From an uncultured virus (IMG/VR IMGVR_UViG_3300028392_000061) (Duplodnaviria > Heunggongvirae > Uroviricota > Caudoviricetes), in IMG/VR virus record IMGVR_UViG_3300028392_000061: a stretch of DNA of 64,000 nt; one strand, written 5' to 3'. Positions 16,110-26,028 of this stretch are shown one piece after another. The translations under genes were made by a program, and so were the position numbers. Below the pieces are notes generated by a model, which was not told where the DNA came from, made no database searches, and saw only the letters and a program-made list of their open reading frames with translations. How positions within the stretch are numbered: the first letter of the stretch is position 1; each line of letters opens with the position of its first letter.

Positions 16110-16422
16110 TAGCAATTTTAAGTAAGATTAAATAACCAATCAAATCATCAACATCATTATCTCCTGCAAAGCCTTGATTATTTTGAATACGATTTAATTT
16201 ATCATCAATTCTTACTTTAAGCTGCTCTACATTATCAGATTGAGCAAAGATCCTATTTGGAGATAAAGCAGAATCACCATAAGATATATTTTTATCTATA
16301 AGCAACTTTGCTATTTCATGACAAGCATCCCATATTTTTTTTCCTGAAGGGGCACCTGTAGAATGCAAGTATAAATCTCTACAACTAAATTGTTTTACAT
16401 CAGGATATACTGGATTGAGCAT
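16081..16422 (-). CDS. DUF1599/nucleotide-modification-associated helical protein (MazG-like)
   Basis: KNISYGDS...RIDDKLNRI...DDLIGY. Confidence 0.7.
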   Translation of the reverse strand: MLNPVYPDVKQFSCRDLYLHSTGAPSGKKIWDACHEIAKLLIDKNISYGDSALSPNRIFAQSDNVEQLKVRIDDKLNRIQNNQGFAGDNDVDDLIGYLILLKIAIDKNRVKEV

Positions 16423-17086
16423 TATTTACCTTTATTCTTTCTACATTGTGAATTGTTGTGGTCATACGTAAATCCCCACCAATTGGTTCAACATTTGGTT
16501 TAAAAGTATATGAGTTTAAGCTTCCATGCTTATAAAACATGTATATGTCAATTGGATCTGATATTAAATTTTCTTGTACATTTTTAACAATAGATTCGAC
16601 ACCAGATCTATTCAAAATATATCCTCCAAGCCACTGACCTTGATAAGATTTGCATATAATATCACTACCTATATCATGAATAGACTTTTTATAATATGGT
16701 GGGTTCCAATTTAAAAAGAAAAATGCTTGCCAATCTGATGGTATTTGATTTATTACATCATCAATTCTTTTCCAAAAATCTTGATAGATATAAACATCAT
16801 CTTCAAATAAAACAAGATACTCTTTATCAGTTTTTAAAAAATTAATCCAAGCGTTGTAATTACTTGCCCATACACCAATTTCTGCATATCTAAATTCTAT
16901 ACTTGGATCTAATTTAAATAAAGGATTTTCCAATTTAAATTTTTTTAATTGTTCTTCATTAGATATTTCATATGAAATGCATTCTAATTCTTTAGAATTA
17001 GAAGACATAATGTTATTTATTTTATTTACTACTGGCTTTCTATCAACACTTTTTTCCATATGAATTACTTTATGGGTAAATGACAT
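16400..17086 (-). CDS. glycosyltransferase, GT25-like
   Basis: AEIGVWASN..AW, LVLFEDD, DPID. Confidence 0.8.
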   Translation of the reverse strand: MSFTHKVIHMEKSVDRKPVVNKINNIMSSNSKELECISYEISNEEQLKKFKLENPLFKLDPSIEFRYAEIGVWASNYNAWINFLKTDKEYLVLFEDDVYIYQDFWKRIDDVINQIPSDWQAFFFLNWNPPYYKKSIHDIGSDIICKSYQGQWLGGYILNRSGVESIVKNVQENLISDPIDIYMFYKHGSLNSYTFKPNVEPIGGDLRMTTTIHNVERIKVNNAQSSIS

Positions 17087-18093
17087 TACATAAGCCTTTC
17101 TGACCAAGTTTTAGGAGTTTTATCTGTTATAAATTCTAATGGTAGGTGGTAGCTAAATGGTCTTGCTCCTTTTATTTTAATCCATTCCGCCAATTCTGTC
17201 AAGCCTGATTTAAGAGTTGTAGATGTTTTATAGTTTAATAACTGTCTTGCTTTATCAGCAGAACAATTGGCATGTTTAACTTCTTGAGGTCTGCCTGGCA
17301 TGTATATTGAATTTAATTCAAATCCAAGTATTTCAGCAATTTTTTCAGCTAGTTCATTAATTGTAATAAATTCTTCATCTGGTCCAATATTAACAATTTG
17401 CCCATCAACTGCATCTGTTTCACATGCAATCATTAGTGGATCAATTACATCTTGCATAAATGAAAAAGAACGCATTTGAGAGCCATCACCATAAATAATT
17501 GGTTGATTACCTTGAAGCATACGATTAATCATAATTGATGCTACATTTCTATAAGGATCATCAAACTTTTGACGTGATCCAATTATGTTATGTGGAACCA
17601 AGATTACATATTTCATGCCGTGAGTTTCGCATATATTTTTAATTAAAAGTTCTGCAGAATATTTAGCAATACCATACGGGTCTTGTGGTTTTGGTGTCAT
17701 GTCTTCTGTAAATGGAACTATATCTTGTGTTCCGTATCTAGCCATAGAGGACATATGAACAAACTTTTTGACCCCCGCCCTAATAGATGCGGATACTGCA
17801 ACAGTTGTAATGTGAGATGTATTGCGTGTTACAAGAGCTGGGGAGAATACAGAAAGTCCTTCATAAGCAGTACATGCAGTATGAACAACAAGGTCTACTC
17901 CTTTAAAATGATCTTTGATTGCATCAAAATCTCCCAGATCTTTTGCATAAAATTCTACACCGCTTGGAACATTTTCATAGTAACCACCTATTAAATTATC
18001 AATTCCAATTACTTTGTAGCCTTTTGCAAGAAATTCATCTGCAAGATGACTTCCCATAAATCCTGCTACTCCTGTTATTAATACTTTTTTCAT
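17086..18093 (-). CDS. NAD-dependent nucleotide-sugar epimerase/dehydratase
   Basis: ITGVAGFMGSH, SSMARYG, PYGIAK (YxxxK), IYGDGSQMRSF. Confidence 0.93.
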   Translation of the reverse strand: MKKVLITGVAGFMGSHLADEFLAKGYKVIGIDNLIGGYYENVPSGVEFYAKDLGDFDAIKDHFKGVDLVVHTACTAYEGLSVFSPALVTRNTSHITTVAVSASIRAGVKKFVHMSSMARYGTQDIVPFTEDMTPKPQDPYGIAKYSAELLIKNICETHGMKYVILVPHNIIGSRQKFDDPYRNVASIMINRMLQGNQPIIYGDGSQMRSFSFMQDVIDPLMIACETDAVDGQIVNIGPDEEFITINELAEKIAEILGFELNSIYMPGRPQEVKHANCSADKARQLLNYKTSTTLKSGLTELAEWIKIKGARPFSYHLPLEFITDKTPKTWSERLM

Positions 18094-18623
18094 AATGTTT
18101 TGTAATAATCCTCTCCAAATTGTCCCCAATTGCCTTTCCATTTTTCAAACATTTCATATTCTTCAATTAAATTTTCTCTGTCATGTTTAAAAACTCCCCA
18201 AGTTTCTTTTCTTGGAGTTGGATAGCAAGTAAATTTTTCACAAAGATCAACATATGGTCTTGGAAAAGCTTCTTCATTAAACATTGATTCTGCTTTGTTT
18301 TTTGATTCAGGAATTACCATTTTTGATAAAGTTTTTCTTTCATAAAGTCCAAGATAAGAATTCATATGAAATCCATTATCTGCTAAACAAACAGAACCCT
18401 CAATATCAAACATGCTCATAAGTAAATCATTATTTTTAACCACTATACTATCTTGAAGATAGATAAATCTTTCTATAGATGTATTATCATAAATCCATTT
18501 TATATGACCAACTTCAAATCCTGGAGTTGATACAACAATTGCAGGAACTTTTAAAGATTCCAGGCAGTCGTGCACCCATTTTTCTCTTCCAATATTTGTA
18601 CCTACAACAATTGCATTTTTCAT
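18090..18623 (-). CDS. glycosyltransferase-like protein
   Basis: GFEVG..., FIYLQDS motif; cluster context. Confidence 0.55.
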   Translation of the reverse strand: MKNAIVVGTNIGREKWVHDCLESLKVPAIVVSTPGFEVGHIKWIYDNTSIERFIYLQDSIVVKNNDLLMSMFDIEGSVCLADNGFHMNSYLGLYERKTLSKMVIPESKNKAESMFNEEAFPRPYVDLCEKFTCYPTPRKETWGVFKHDRENLIEEYEMFEKWKGNWGQFGEDYYKTL

Positions 18624-19048
18624 TTGTTTAACCTTTTTTTAATTTCTGTTGATGAAATTGTTTTAGTATATGGGACATAACAAAGCCCTATACTTCTTTC
18701 ATCTAGCCAATCTTGATCAAAATTCATTTGCTTGTAATAATCTTTTTTAGCCCAATCAGATCCTATAACAATATAATCTGGCATTGCTAATTCTATAGAA
18801 ATTTTAGAATCCGACCCGCCAACATTCAAAACAACTTTGTCAACATACATGCAAGATTCAAGAACAGATTTTCTTTCTTCTTGACTACACACTGGAAATT
18901 TACCTTTATATTTATATATAAACTCATCTGTATTTAAAGAAACAACAACAATTCCATTATTACCAGCAATTTCTTTACATCGTTTTAATAAATTTACGTG
19001 ACCAGAATGAAATAAATCAAATGTACCACCAGTATATACAATAGACAA
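18620..19048 (-). CDS. cytidylyltransferase (TagD/RfaE-like)
   Basis: YTGGTFDLFHSGH, ERKSVL, IGSDW, ISSTEIK. Confidence 0.92.
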   Translation of the reverse strand: MSIVYTGGTFDLFHSGHVNLLKRCKEIAGNNGIVVVSLNTDEFIYKYKGKFPVCSQEERKSVLESCMYVDKVVLNVGGSDSKISIELAMPDYIVIGSDWAKKDYYKQMNFDQDWLDERSIGLCYVPYTKTISSTEIKKRLNK

Positions 19049-19822
19049 CTATGCTATCCATTCTGTCAATAAATGTTTATTTTCTTTTATATATTCTGGA
19101 TAAGAATTATCTATGTTAACTATAGATAGATTATTCCAACCTCTTTGCAAAATATCTTCAACATTATCTATTCTACTTTGAAGTATTTCAACAGTGTTAA
19201 AATCATTATTATTAAATTCTTGATGTGAAAAAGCTTCAATTTTTTCTTTAATTTTATCTACTGTTTTTATATAGGAAAAATGCCAGCCACCATTTTGAAT
19301 TCCTGGCATAGATTCATTTTGACGATGTGCATCAAAATTAATAAATTTTCCATAAGAAATATATTTGGGTCTCCAACTATTTTCTGATGTAATTATATTA
19401 AATTTATAATAATAGCAAGGGCCTAGAAAAGAACCTCCGTTTTCATCAAAACCGTTTTTCTTCAAATCTTCAACCACAGATCTTCTTGGAATCTCATCTG
19501 CATCTGCAAAAAGAATAAGATCTCCGTCATCAAGATTTAAAAATTTTAAATTTTCTTTAGATAAGTGATCTTTTTGAAAATATTCTCTTTGCCAAACATC
19601 CTCATATTCGGAGCGTTCTGCTACAATAATTTCAATTTTATCAGAATATTGAGCATATCTTTCTTTATAACACTCTGATAAGTATAAAGGTTTTTCTTTA
19701 CCAGAAAATGTTTCTTTTGCTTCCATAACAACAAATTTATCAACTACATCATACAATTCTCTAAATCTAACATCTAAAATTAAAAATTCATCAAAAAACG
19801 GGAAACAATCAATTACCTTCAT
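19049..19822 (-). CDS. GT17-like N-acetylglucosaminyltransferase
   Basis: IDCFPFFDE, VDKFVVME..TFSG, DADEIP, GGWHFSY, KIEAFSHQE. Confidence 0.85.
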   Translation of the reverse strand: MKVIDCFPFFDEFLILDVRFRELYDVVDKFVVMEAKETFSGKEKPLYLSECYKERYAQYSDKIEIIVAERSEYEDVWQREYFQKDHLSKENLKFLNLDDGDLILFADADEIPRRSVVEDLKKNGFDENGGSFLGPCYYYKFNIITSENSWRPKYISYGKFINFDAHRQNESMPGIQNGGWHFSYIKTVDKIKEKIEAFSHQEFNNNDFNTVEILQSRIDNVEDILQRGWNNLSIVNIDNSYPEYIKENKHLLTEWIA

Positions 19823-20499
19823 TTTATAAGACTCCTAATCTTATTAACATCATCTGCAAAAGATGATTGCTTATAACTATTATACCTTACTTCATCTTCC
19901 TGCATATTACCTGCGGCTTTATATGTATCATCAAAATTATTTTTTCCATTTGTATAATGATTATGCTCAAGATTTACATCAGGAAAATAATGTAATATCC
20001 CAAGCTCTTTGCCTAAATCTTTATAAAAATTATCCATATAAAAATGATTTAAAACTGGTGGAACAAACCATCCTAAAGATTTTATAATTTCAGAATTAAC
20101 TATAAATGTATTAGGTAATCCTTCACCATGATAATAATCGTTGCCATATGAAATGCCAACTTTATTTTTTAATGGTTCTACCAATATACTGTCCCAGCCA
20201 TAAGTATTTACTTTAACATCATCCCCGATAAAACAAATATATTTATATTCATTTACAAATTGATTTGCTATAAAATTAATTTTAGGACATAAACGCATGT
20301 TTTTGTTAACACTATAAATTACATCCTCTTCAATCCCATAGGATTCAAAATCATCATCATCAAGTCCAAAACAAATGTCTGAAATTGTTGAATTTTTTTT
20401 AAATAATTCATAAAAATGTTTAATTTTTTCAGGCCTTCCACGGGATGGCAATATAACTAAAATTTCATTCTTATTCACAATATCAATTAAACCATTCAT
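19819..20499 (-). CDS. GT-A fold glycosyltransferase (GT2-like)
   Basis: LPSRGRP, FIGDD, YGND, HFYMDN, EHNH. Confidence 0.8.
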   Translation of the reverse strand: MNGLIDIVNKNEILVILPSRGRPEKIKHFYELFKKNSTISDICFGLDDDDFESYGIEEDVIYSVNKNMRLCPKINFIANQFVNEYKYICFIGDDVKVNTYGWDSILVEPLKNKVGISYGNDYYHGEGLPNTFIVNSEIIKSLGWFVPPVLNHFYMDNFYKDLGKELGILHYFPDVNLEHNHYTNGKNNFDDTYKAAGNMQEDEVRYNSYKQSSFADDVNKIRSLIK

Positions 20500-21202
20500 T
20501 TTTTCTCCTGCGATCTAAATTCCAGCCTCTATTTATATGATTGTTTTTCTTTTCATAAAAATATTCTCTATTTAAATTATCTGTTATTGAATTTCTTGTC
20601 ATAAACAATTCATTATTTTTATATGATTGTGAACCACCTTCTAAAGCAAAAGCATCAGCATTAATTATATGTATTTTAAAACCTTCATCATAAAATCTAT
20701 CTGTATAATCTTCATCTTCCCAATAAACTGGATAAAAAAATTCATCAAACAATCCAGTTTCCTTAATTATATCTTCTCCCAAACTAAATATATTGTATTG
20801 TTGCGTTTTTGTAAATACAGCTCTATCGCTTTTACTTTGTGCTGCAAACTCTCTAAGTGTTCCTGGTTTTGTTACAGTATCATTAGATCCAAACATCCAA
20901 TATTTTACATGTGGATAAAGTTTAATGCCTAAATTCCAAGAAGCTGCACATCCTAAATTTGATGGCAAATTTAAAATTCGAATATTTAAATTAGGAAATT
21001 TTTCTTTAAGACCTACAGTGTTGTTGTCATTATGACTATTATTAATAATTAAAATTTCATTTATTGGATGATCAATTGCTTCAAGAGATTTTTCAAGTAA
21101 ATCAAATTTATTTATTACAGGATAAATTAAAACTGGTATTGATTCAATATTTTCATCTGTTGTTGAATCTAAATTCACGCAATCATAATTTGGAAAATCC
21201 AC
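20483..21202 (-). CDS. GT2-like glycosyltransferase
   Basis: ILIINN, NLGCAASWNLG, GLFDEFFYPVYWEDEDY. Confidence 0.85.
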   Translation of the reverse strand: MDFPNYDCVNLDSTTDENIESIPVLIYPVINKFDLLEKSLEAIDHPINEILIINNSHNDNNTVGLKEKFPNLNIRILNLPSNLGCAASWNLGIKLYPHVKYWMFGSNDTVTKPGTLREFAAQSKSDRAVFTKTQQYNIFSLGEDIIKETGLFDEFFYPVYWEDEDYTDRFYDEGFKIHIINADAFALEGGSQSYKNNELFMTRNSITDNLNREYFYEKKNNHINRGWNLDRRRKNEWFN

Positions 21203-21363
21203 TACTTAGTCCATTTTCTAGGTTTTTTTATAAAGCCATGTTGTTGCAATACTCTTTGAATAGTCATGTGAGAGCAATTAGCTTCCATTGCCATTTCACG
21301 AATTGTTTTTTTCTCAAGCACATATCTTTTATGTACCCAAGCTTTACTATCATATAATTTCAT
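21202..21363 (-). CDS. small HTH protein (53 aa, MKLYDSKAWVHKRYVLEKKTIREMAMEANCSHMTIQRVL...)
   Basis: Read by hand; HTH-like pattern; fills gap between ruvC and the GT gene. Confidence 0.75.
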   Translation of the reverse strand: MKLYDSKAWVHKRYVLEKKTIREMAMEANCSHMTIQRVLQQHGFIKKPRKWTK

Positions 21364-21907
21364 TGACCGCATACCAAGCTATTCCCGCCGCATCAGCGAC
21401 ATTATCGGACTGAGTTTTAACGCCCAGCGTTCTACTAAATTCAATAGTGCGTTGTTTTCTACGCTCTCTGATTTTTCCTTTGATCCATGTGTCGGATTTT
21501 TCGGGGAACTCATTTTTTATCGCCTGCTTCTCTATTTTGTTAAAGTTTTTATTACCAATATATGATTGCCAGGTTATAGGATGAACTTCAACCACTTGCA
21601 TATTATCACTAAGTAACTCTCCCATTATAGCACCAAATACGTATGCCATCTTAATTCCCGTATGAACAGATTTTACAGATATGGCTGCTTCTATGACAAC
21701 AAAATCTGTATCAAGCTCTTTTTTAAAAGCTTTAATCTTTCTTTTTGCATCAAGTATCCTTTGATAAACATCTAAACCTTCAAACGTAATCTCACCCCAT
21801 TTAATGGCTTTTTTATTTTCCATTAAACAAAAAGCAATACTATTAGTGCTAGCATCTATGCCTAAAACCCTATTTGATCTTGGTTTAATTAATTTTGCCA
21901 GAGACAC
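21350..21907 (-). CDS. ruvC: RuvC-like Holliday junction resolvase
   Basis: VLGIDAST, VVIE, DNVADAAGIA. Confidence 0.85.
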   Translation of the reverse strand: MSLAKLIKPRSNRVLGIDASTNSIAFCLMENKKAIKWGEITFEGLDVYQRILDAKRKIKAFKKELDTDFVVIEAAISVKSVHTGIKMAYVFGAIMGELLSDNMQVVEVHPITWQSYIGNKNFNKIEKQAIKNEFPEKSDTWIKGKIRERRKQRTIEFSRTLGVKTQSDNVADAAGIAWYAVNEII

Positions 21908-22181
21908 TTTTCACCATGTTTACCAAAAATATACGCTCTTTTTCTTTTTCAGCACTAATGCATTTGTCACAAATTCTACCTGAATTGTATCTACTTAAAA
22001 TAACATTACAATCTTTATTTTTACAAATTCTTTCTTTGCCAGATAGTCTATCTTTTTTTTCGTAATAAGCTTCCTTTAATTTTTGATTTGTTGCTATTCT
22101 ACAACATTCATCAGAACAATATTTTTGATTATGTGTTTTTGCTTCAAATTCATTATTGCATTCTTCATAAGCACATATCAT
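21885..22181 (-). CDS. Cys-rich zinc-finger protein
   Basis: QKYCSDEC and further Cys pairs. Confidence 0.75.
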   Translation of the reverse strand: MICAYEECNNEFEAKTHNQKYCSDECCRIATNQKLKEAYYEKKDRLSGKERICKNKDCNVILSRYNSGRICDKCISAEKEKERIFLVNMVKSVSGKIN

Positions 22182-22966
22182 TTTTGAAGCACCAAAGGTT
22201 CAATATAAACATCACCCTCTTCATTTTTCATGTCTTTCCAACATACTGTTTTTACTGGGCATCCTTTACAAGCCCATTGAGACTTAGTAAAAGTTCTTTC
22301 TGGAAGAGTTCCTGCTTCATATGCACCATAAACTTTACGCATCCAATCCCAAACACCGTTAATTAAATTAGTATTCTTTTCATCCATATTAATTGGAACA
22401 ATTAAAAAACTATTGTCATTTTTATTTTCATAAAAAAAGAATCCCTGTTGAGCGCCACGAATTTTCATGTATGTTAAAAGTTGAACTTTATGATATGGCA
22501 AGCCTTCCATTTCTGCTTGTCTAATATCAAATATTTCTTGTTTAGCAGATTTAATTTCTCCTACTACTTCTTTTCCATTCCATTCAATAAAAGTGTCTGC
22601 AAATCCTCTAATCGGTGGATCATCATGGGTAACTTCTGTTTCATTTGCTTTGAATACTGGGATTTTAGCCATGACCTTCTGAATGCGATCATGGACATAC
22701 GTACCATTATCCATATTAACGATACCCATAGCATCGGTTTCATTTGTAAACTCTGCACCATTAAAAGCAATGAACCAATATCTAGGGCAGTTACCGTTAC
22801 CATAACCAACACCACTAGGGCTAAATGTTTTCTTTTGTGTAAATTCGTCTGGTCTTTTTCCACTTAATACTGCCTCCTCATACATTTCTGCAAATTTGAT
22901 TGGATCAAATCCATCTGGATCCGCTATCTTTTTAAACTTTAAATTAGCAATTATATCTCTTCCCAT
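22178..22966 (-). CDS. Cas4-like PD-(D/E)XK exonuclease
   Basis: CPR, GTYVH, GFAD, EIKS, QLLTY, C-terminal CxxC..C. Confidence 0.85.
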   Translation of the reverse strand: MGRDIIANLKFKKIADPDGFDPIKFAEMYEEAVLSGKRPDEFTQKKTFSPSGVGYGNGNCPRYWFIAFNGAEFTNETDAMGIVNMDNGTYVHDRIQKVMAKIPVFKANETEVTHDDPPIRGFADTFIEWNGKEVVGEIKSAKQEIFDIRQAEMEGLPYHKVQLLTYMKIRGAQQGFFFYENKNDNSFLIVPINMDEKNTNLINGVWDWMRKVYGAYEAGTLPERTFTKSQWACKGCPVKTVCWKDMKNEEGDVYIEPLVLQK

Positions 22967-23292
22967 TATGCTCCATATTTTGCTGAATATTTAAGAGCAT
23001 CAACCAGCTTATTGATTGCTTCTTCTGCTGTAAAGTATACGTTCTTTTTCTTTGCATTTTCCCCACCTTTTTCAAAAGTAGTGTAATACCTAGCCATCAA
23101 AGCAAATTTAGCAGACAACGCTTGCATTTTTACAATAAGATCTGGAGCTTTGCTAGATGGAACATCTGGCTTAGCAATAAGTTTAATAATCAAATCAAGA
23201 GCGTAATCAAGATCTGGATCATTCATGTATGTTTTCATATCATTAAACTCTGTAAGTTCGCTGATTAATTCAATAACTGGTTTATCTGTCAT
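22966..23292 (-). CDS. hypothetical helical protein
   Basis: ORF track; operon packing. Confidence 0.75.
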   Translation of the reverse strand: MTDKPVIELISELTEFNDMKTYMNDPDLDYALDLIIKLIAKPDVPSSKAPDLIVKMQALSAKFALMARYYTTFEKGGENAKKKNVYFTAEEAINKLVDALKYSAKYGA

Positions 23293-23471
23293 TCCATTAT
23301 CCTAACACAGAACTGGCAAGGGTCTCCGCCTTCTTCCCATTCATTTTCTTCTTCTTCAGTTAGTGAAGGAACGCCATCATGGGTAGCGCAAAACATTTCA
23401 GTAATCCATTTACGCTCTACGCCATTATTAAACCAAATTTGAAATTCATTTAAATCTTCATCTTTTATCAT
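23289..23471 (-). CDS. small hypothetical protein (CATHDG...GGDPC)
   Basis: ORF track. Confidence 0.7.
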   Translation of the reverse strand: MIKDEDLNEFQIWFNNGVERKWITEMFCATHDGVPSLTEEEENEWEEGGDPCQFCVRIME

Positions 23472-23629
23472 TAAATAAACCTAACTATCAATCCATACCC
23501 AAGCCACAAACCAAAAATTCCCATTAATCCAGCAAATACTGGAGGTGCTGGTACTGGCAATTTAAACAAAGCAAATGCTGCCCCTACACCCATTCCTGTA
23601 ATTGTAGTTTTAATAACTTCACTTATCAT
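23471..23629 (-). CDS. XapX/DUF1427-like small membrane protein
   Basis: G..VG..FA.FKLPVPAPP..AG..GI.G...G. Confidence 0.8.
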   Translation of the reverse strand: MISEVIKTTITGMGVGAAFALFKLPVPAPPVFAGLMGIFGLWLGYGLIVRFI

Positions 23630-23930
23630 TATGCGTCTCCCAACACTCAACCATTTGTTCAAACAATGCCCATTCAATTACTGCAAGTCTAGTTTTTTGA
23701 CCATCCCCGCCTAAAATTAATTTAAGAACTGGATATTTATCACGAGATACTTTAAACGTATCAGTACAAATTTTTGCCCAAATTTCTTTATTAATAGATA
23801 TAGATTTTGCATATTCTTTATAATCAACTAAAAATTGGCCCCAAATTGCATCACCTTTTTGATAGTCACCACGACCAGAATTTTTTTGTCCTTTTGCTCC
23901 ATCACGTTTTATTTCTCCACGTTCTGACAT
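23619..23930 (-). CDS. PD-(D/E)XK resolvase-like nuclease
   Basis: E..., NSGRG..KGD, VDYKE. Confidence 0.7.
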   Translation of the reverse strand: MSERGEIKRDGAKGQKNSGRGDYQKGDAIWGQFLVDYKEYAKSISINKEIWAKICTDTFKVSRDKYPVLKLILGGDGQKTRLAVIEWALFEQMVECWETHNDK

Positions 23931-24121
23931 TAGACAATCACACTTGATTCATGACCGTTTATGCATACCCAATGCAATCTATTATTATATCTATCAATAT
24001 ATCCATCGCTCACGACTTCATTACAGTCTTCATGCTGACAAGAAAAAGATCCACCAGTTGGTTCCTTTTTTATTGGCACTTGCTTTTTTTCATTTTTTAA
24101 AAAATCTTCAAGACTTGTCAT
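23930..24121 (-). CDS. small Zn-ribbon-like protein
   Basis: C....C...C..GH. Confidence 0.65.
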   Translation of the reverse strand: MTSLEDFLKNEKKQVPIKKEPTGGSFSCQHEDCNEVVSDGYIDRYNNRLHWVCINGHESSVIV

Positions 24122-24122
24122 T

Positions 24123-24650
24123 TTATTTAACACATCTCAATTCCCAAACTAAATGATATGGTACATTAACATCCCAATGTTGTGATATTAATTCAAACGC
24201 CCCGTTAAAACCATATTGTCTTCCAAGTCTTATTGAATAATGGTCCCAATTATTAGAATGTGTAGGGTTAACAAAATAATTTACTGTTTTTTCAGTAATA
24301 ACATTAACATGTTGGGGATCTTGAAAAGCTTCAGGGTGAGGATATGCTGGAGTATGAAATCTAGCAATTCCACCTACTTTTAAAACACGAGAAACTTCAC
24401 TCATTAAATCAATAAACGGTTGAGTTCTTTTCCCATTAACATTAAAAATTCTTGGTATATGCTCAATAAAATCATATCCCGTTACATAATCAAATACACT
24501 ATTTTCAAATGGAATTTTTTCAAAAGCAAGGTCGGCAATACGAATGTTATCATTTCCAACATTGGCAATATCAATTCCATAAAACTTATCTGCATTATAA
24601 GGATTTTTTGGTGTTTCTCCGCAACCCAAGTCTAAAGTTTTTGTAATCAT
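24123..24650 (-). CDS. class I SAM-dependent methyltransferase
   Basis: LDLGCG, IPFENSVFD, EH, RVLKVGG, DPQH. Confidence 0.88.
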   Translation of the reverse strand: MITKTLDLGCGETPKNPYNADKFYGIDIANVGNDNIRIADLAFEKIPFENSVFDYVTGYDFIEHIPRIFNVNGKRTQPFIDLMSEVSRVLKVGGIARFHTPAYPHPEAFQDPQHVNVITEKTVNYFVNPTHSNNWDHYSIRLGRQYGFNGAFELISQHWDVNVPYHLVWELRCVK

Positions 24651-25639
24651 TTGTATATACCTTCTTTTAATTTTTCAACAACATCGGGATTGTTTTTTAA
24701 ATACTCTATAGATTTAGCACGTCCTTGAAAACGTTCTCCATTTACAGTATACCAAGCTCCGCCTTTTTGCACAAGGCCCATCATTTCGCTTGTATCAAGT
24801 ACTTCTCCAATAAGATCTACTCCTAAAGTTTCTCCTTGATAATAAAAATCATATTGTCCTGAAAGATTTGGTGGCCCAAGCTTATTATAATCAATAATCC
24901 AATTTACTGGTCGCCCAACCTTTTGTTCAATTATTTTATCACCAACTTGTATACCAGATTTAATTGCATTTGCTTCAGCTTCTGAAGACCATAGTTTAAT
25001 TACAGTTGATGAAAAGAACTTTACAGCCATTCCTCCAGTAGGAATATGAGAAGCATGCATAGAACCAAATTGATTTCTTTGTTGAGAAATTAAAACAAGC
25101 AATGTATTTTTATTAGCATAATTAAGCATTTTAACTGCATGCGTCATATCTTTTGCTTCCGCACCAATTTGTTTAGTGTCTTCTAATTTTTTAAGGTTTG
25201 TACTATCTTTTTCAAAATAAATAGCGGGAAGTAACGCTGAAATAGAATCTACAACAATAATGTCTACTCCTGCTTCCATTAATTGTTGAGCAATATCAAC
25301 CATGTCATTAATAGATTTAGCGGGAGAATAAATTAAAGAATCTGAATCAACACCTAAAGATTTAGCCCAAGCAACATCATATGATGCTTCTGCATCTATC
25401 CAAGCACAAGTTTTTCCATTTTTTTGAGCATCAGCAATCATTTGTAAACAAAAAGAAGATTTACCAGCAGATTTGTTTCCCCATACTAAAACTTGACGAC
25501 CAAAACCTAATCCGCCTTTTAATGCTAAATTTAATCCAATACTAGGAGTTCTTTGTTTTTCTACGCTTATCTTTGTTGCTAGTTGTACTCTTGCTCTTGT
25601 TTTTGGATCCAGCTTCGCCAAGATCTCTTCGGTTATCAT
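24647..25639 (-). CDS. recA: RecA recombinase
   Basis: GNKSAGKS, WIDAE, IVVDSISAL, TGGMAVKF, GGAWY. Confidence 0.95.
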   Translation of the reverse strand: MITEEILAKLDPKTRARVQLATKISVEKQRTPSIGLNLALKGGLGFGRQVLVWGNKSAGKSSFCLQMIADAQKNGKTCAWIDAEASYDVAWAKSLGVDSDSLIYSPAKSINDMVDIAQQLMEAGVDIIVVDSISALLPAIYFEKDSTNLKKLEDTKQIGAEAKDMTHAVKMLNYANKNTLLVLISQQRNQFGSMHASHIPTGGMAVKFFSSTVIKLWSSEAEANAIKSGIQVGDKIIEQKVGRPVNWIIDYNKLGPPNLSGQYDFYYQGETLGVDLIGEVLDTSEMMGLVQKGGAWYTVNGERFQGRAKSIEYLKNNPDVVEKLKEGIYK

Positions 25640-25796
25640 TCATACTCTTTTCTAATTCAATTGCCAGTTCCCTGATTTGTTCACTTCTACTGGTTACTAA
25701 AAAATCTATGATGTTATAGATTATTTTTTCGTCTTCTGCTCTAATTACTAGCAAAAATTCGCTTTCCGTACCTTTAAGTATGTAGGATTTAGCCAT
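25542..25796 (-). CDS. hypothetical protein
   Basis: ORF track; TATAAT 8 nt upstream; 3' end overlaps recA. Confidence 0.6.
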   Translation of the reverse strand: MAKSYILKGTESEFLLVIRAEDEKIIYNIIDFLVTSRSEQIRELAIELEKSMNDNRRDLGEAGSKNKSKSTTSNKDKRRKTKNS

Positions 25797-25812
25797 ATAC
25801 TTATATTATACA

Positions 25813-26028
25813 CTATTTCTCTGATTCTATTTTTTCAATATCTGTCAACTCAAAAATAAAATTTTTGGTTTCTGGATCTTGATTTACAGCAATACTTTTA
25901 TTTGAATAGTCTTCTAGCAATTGTTCTAACGTAACTTCTGTGGGTCCGAATTTTGATAAAATTGATGCTACGATTTGTTCAATACCAATTCTTACGTCAT
26001 TTTCATTTTTAACAACTTTGTCTGTCAT
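25813..26028 (-). CDS. hypothetical protein
   Basis: AGGAGG SD; overlaps dnaE stop. Confidence 0.75.
   Translation of the reverse strand: MTDKVVKNENDVRIGIEQIVASILSKFGPTEVTLEQLLEDYSNKSIAVNQDPETKNFIFELTDIEKIESEK

Noticed and set aside
22178..22966. CRISPR-Cas system suggested by the Cas4-like gene
   Set aside because: No other cas genes or repeat-spacer array seen; stand-alone Cas4-like nucleases are common in phage recombination blocks.
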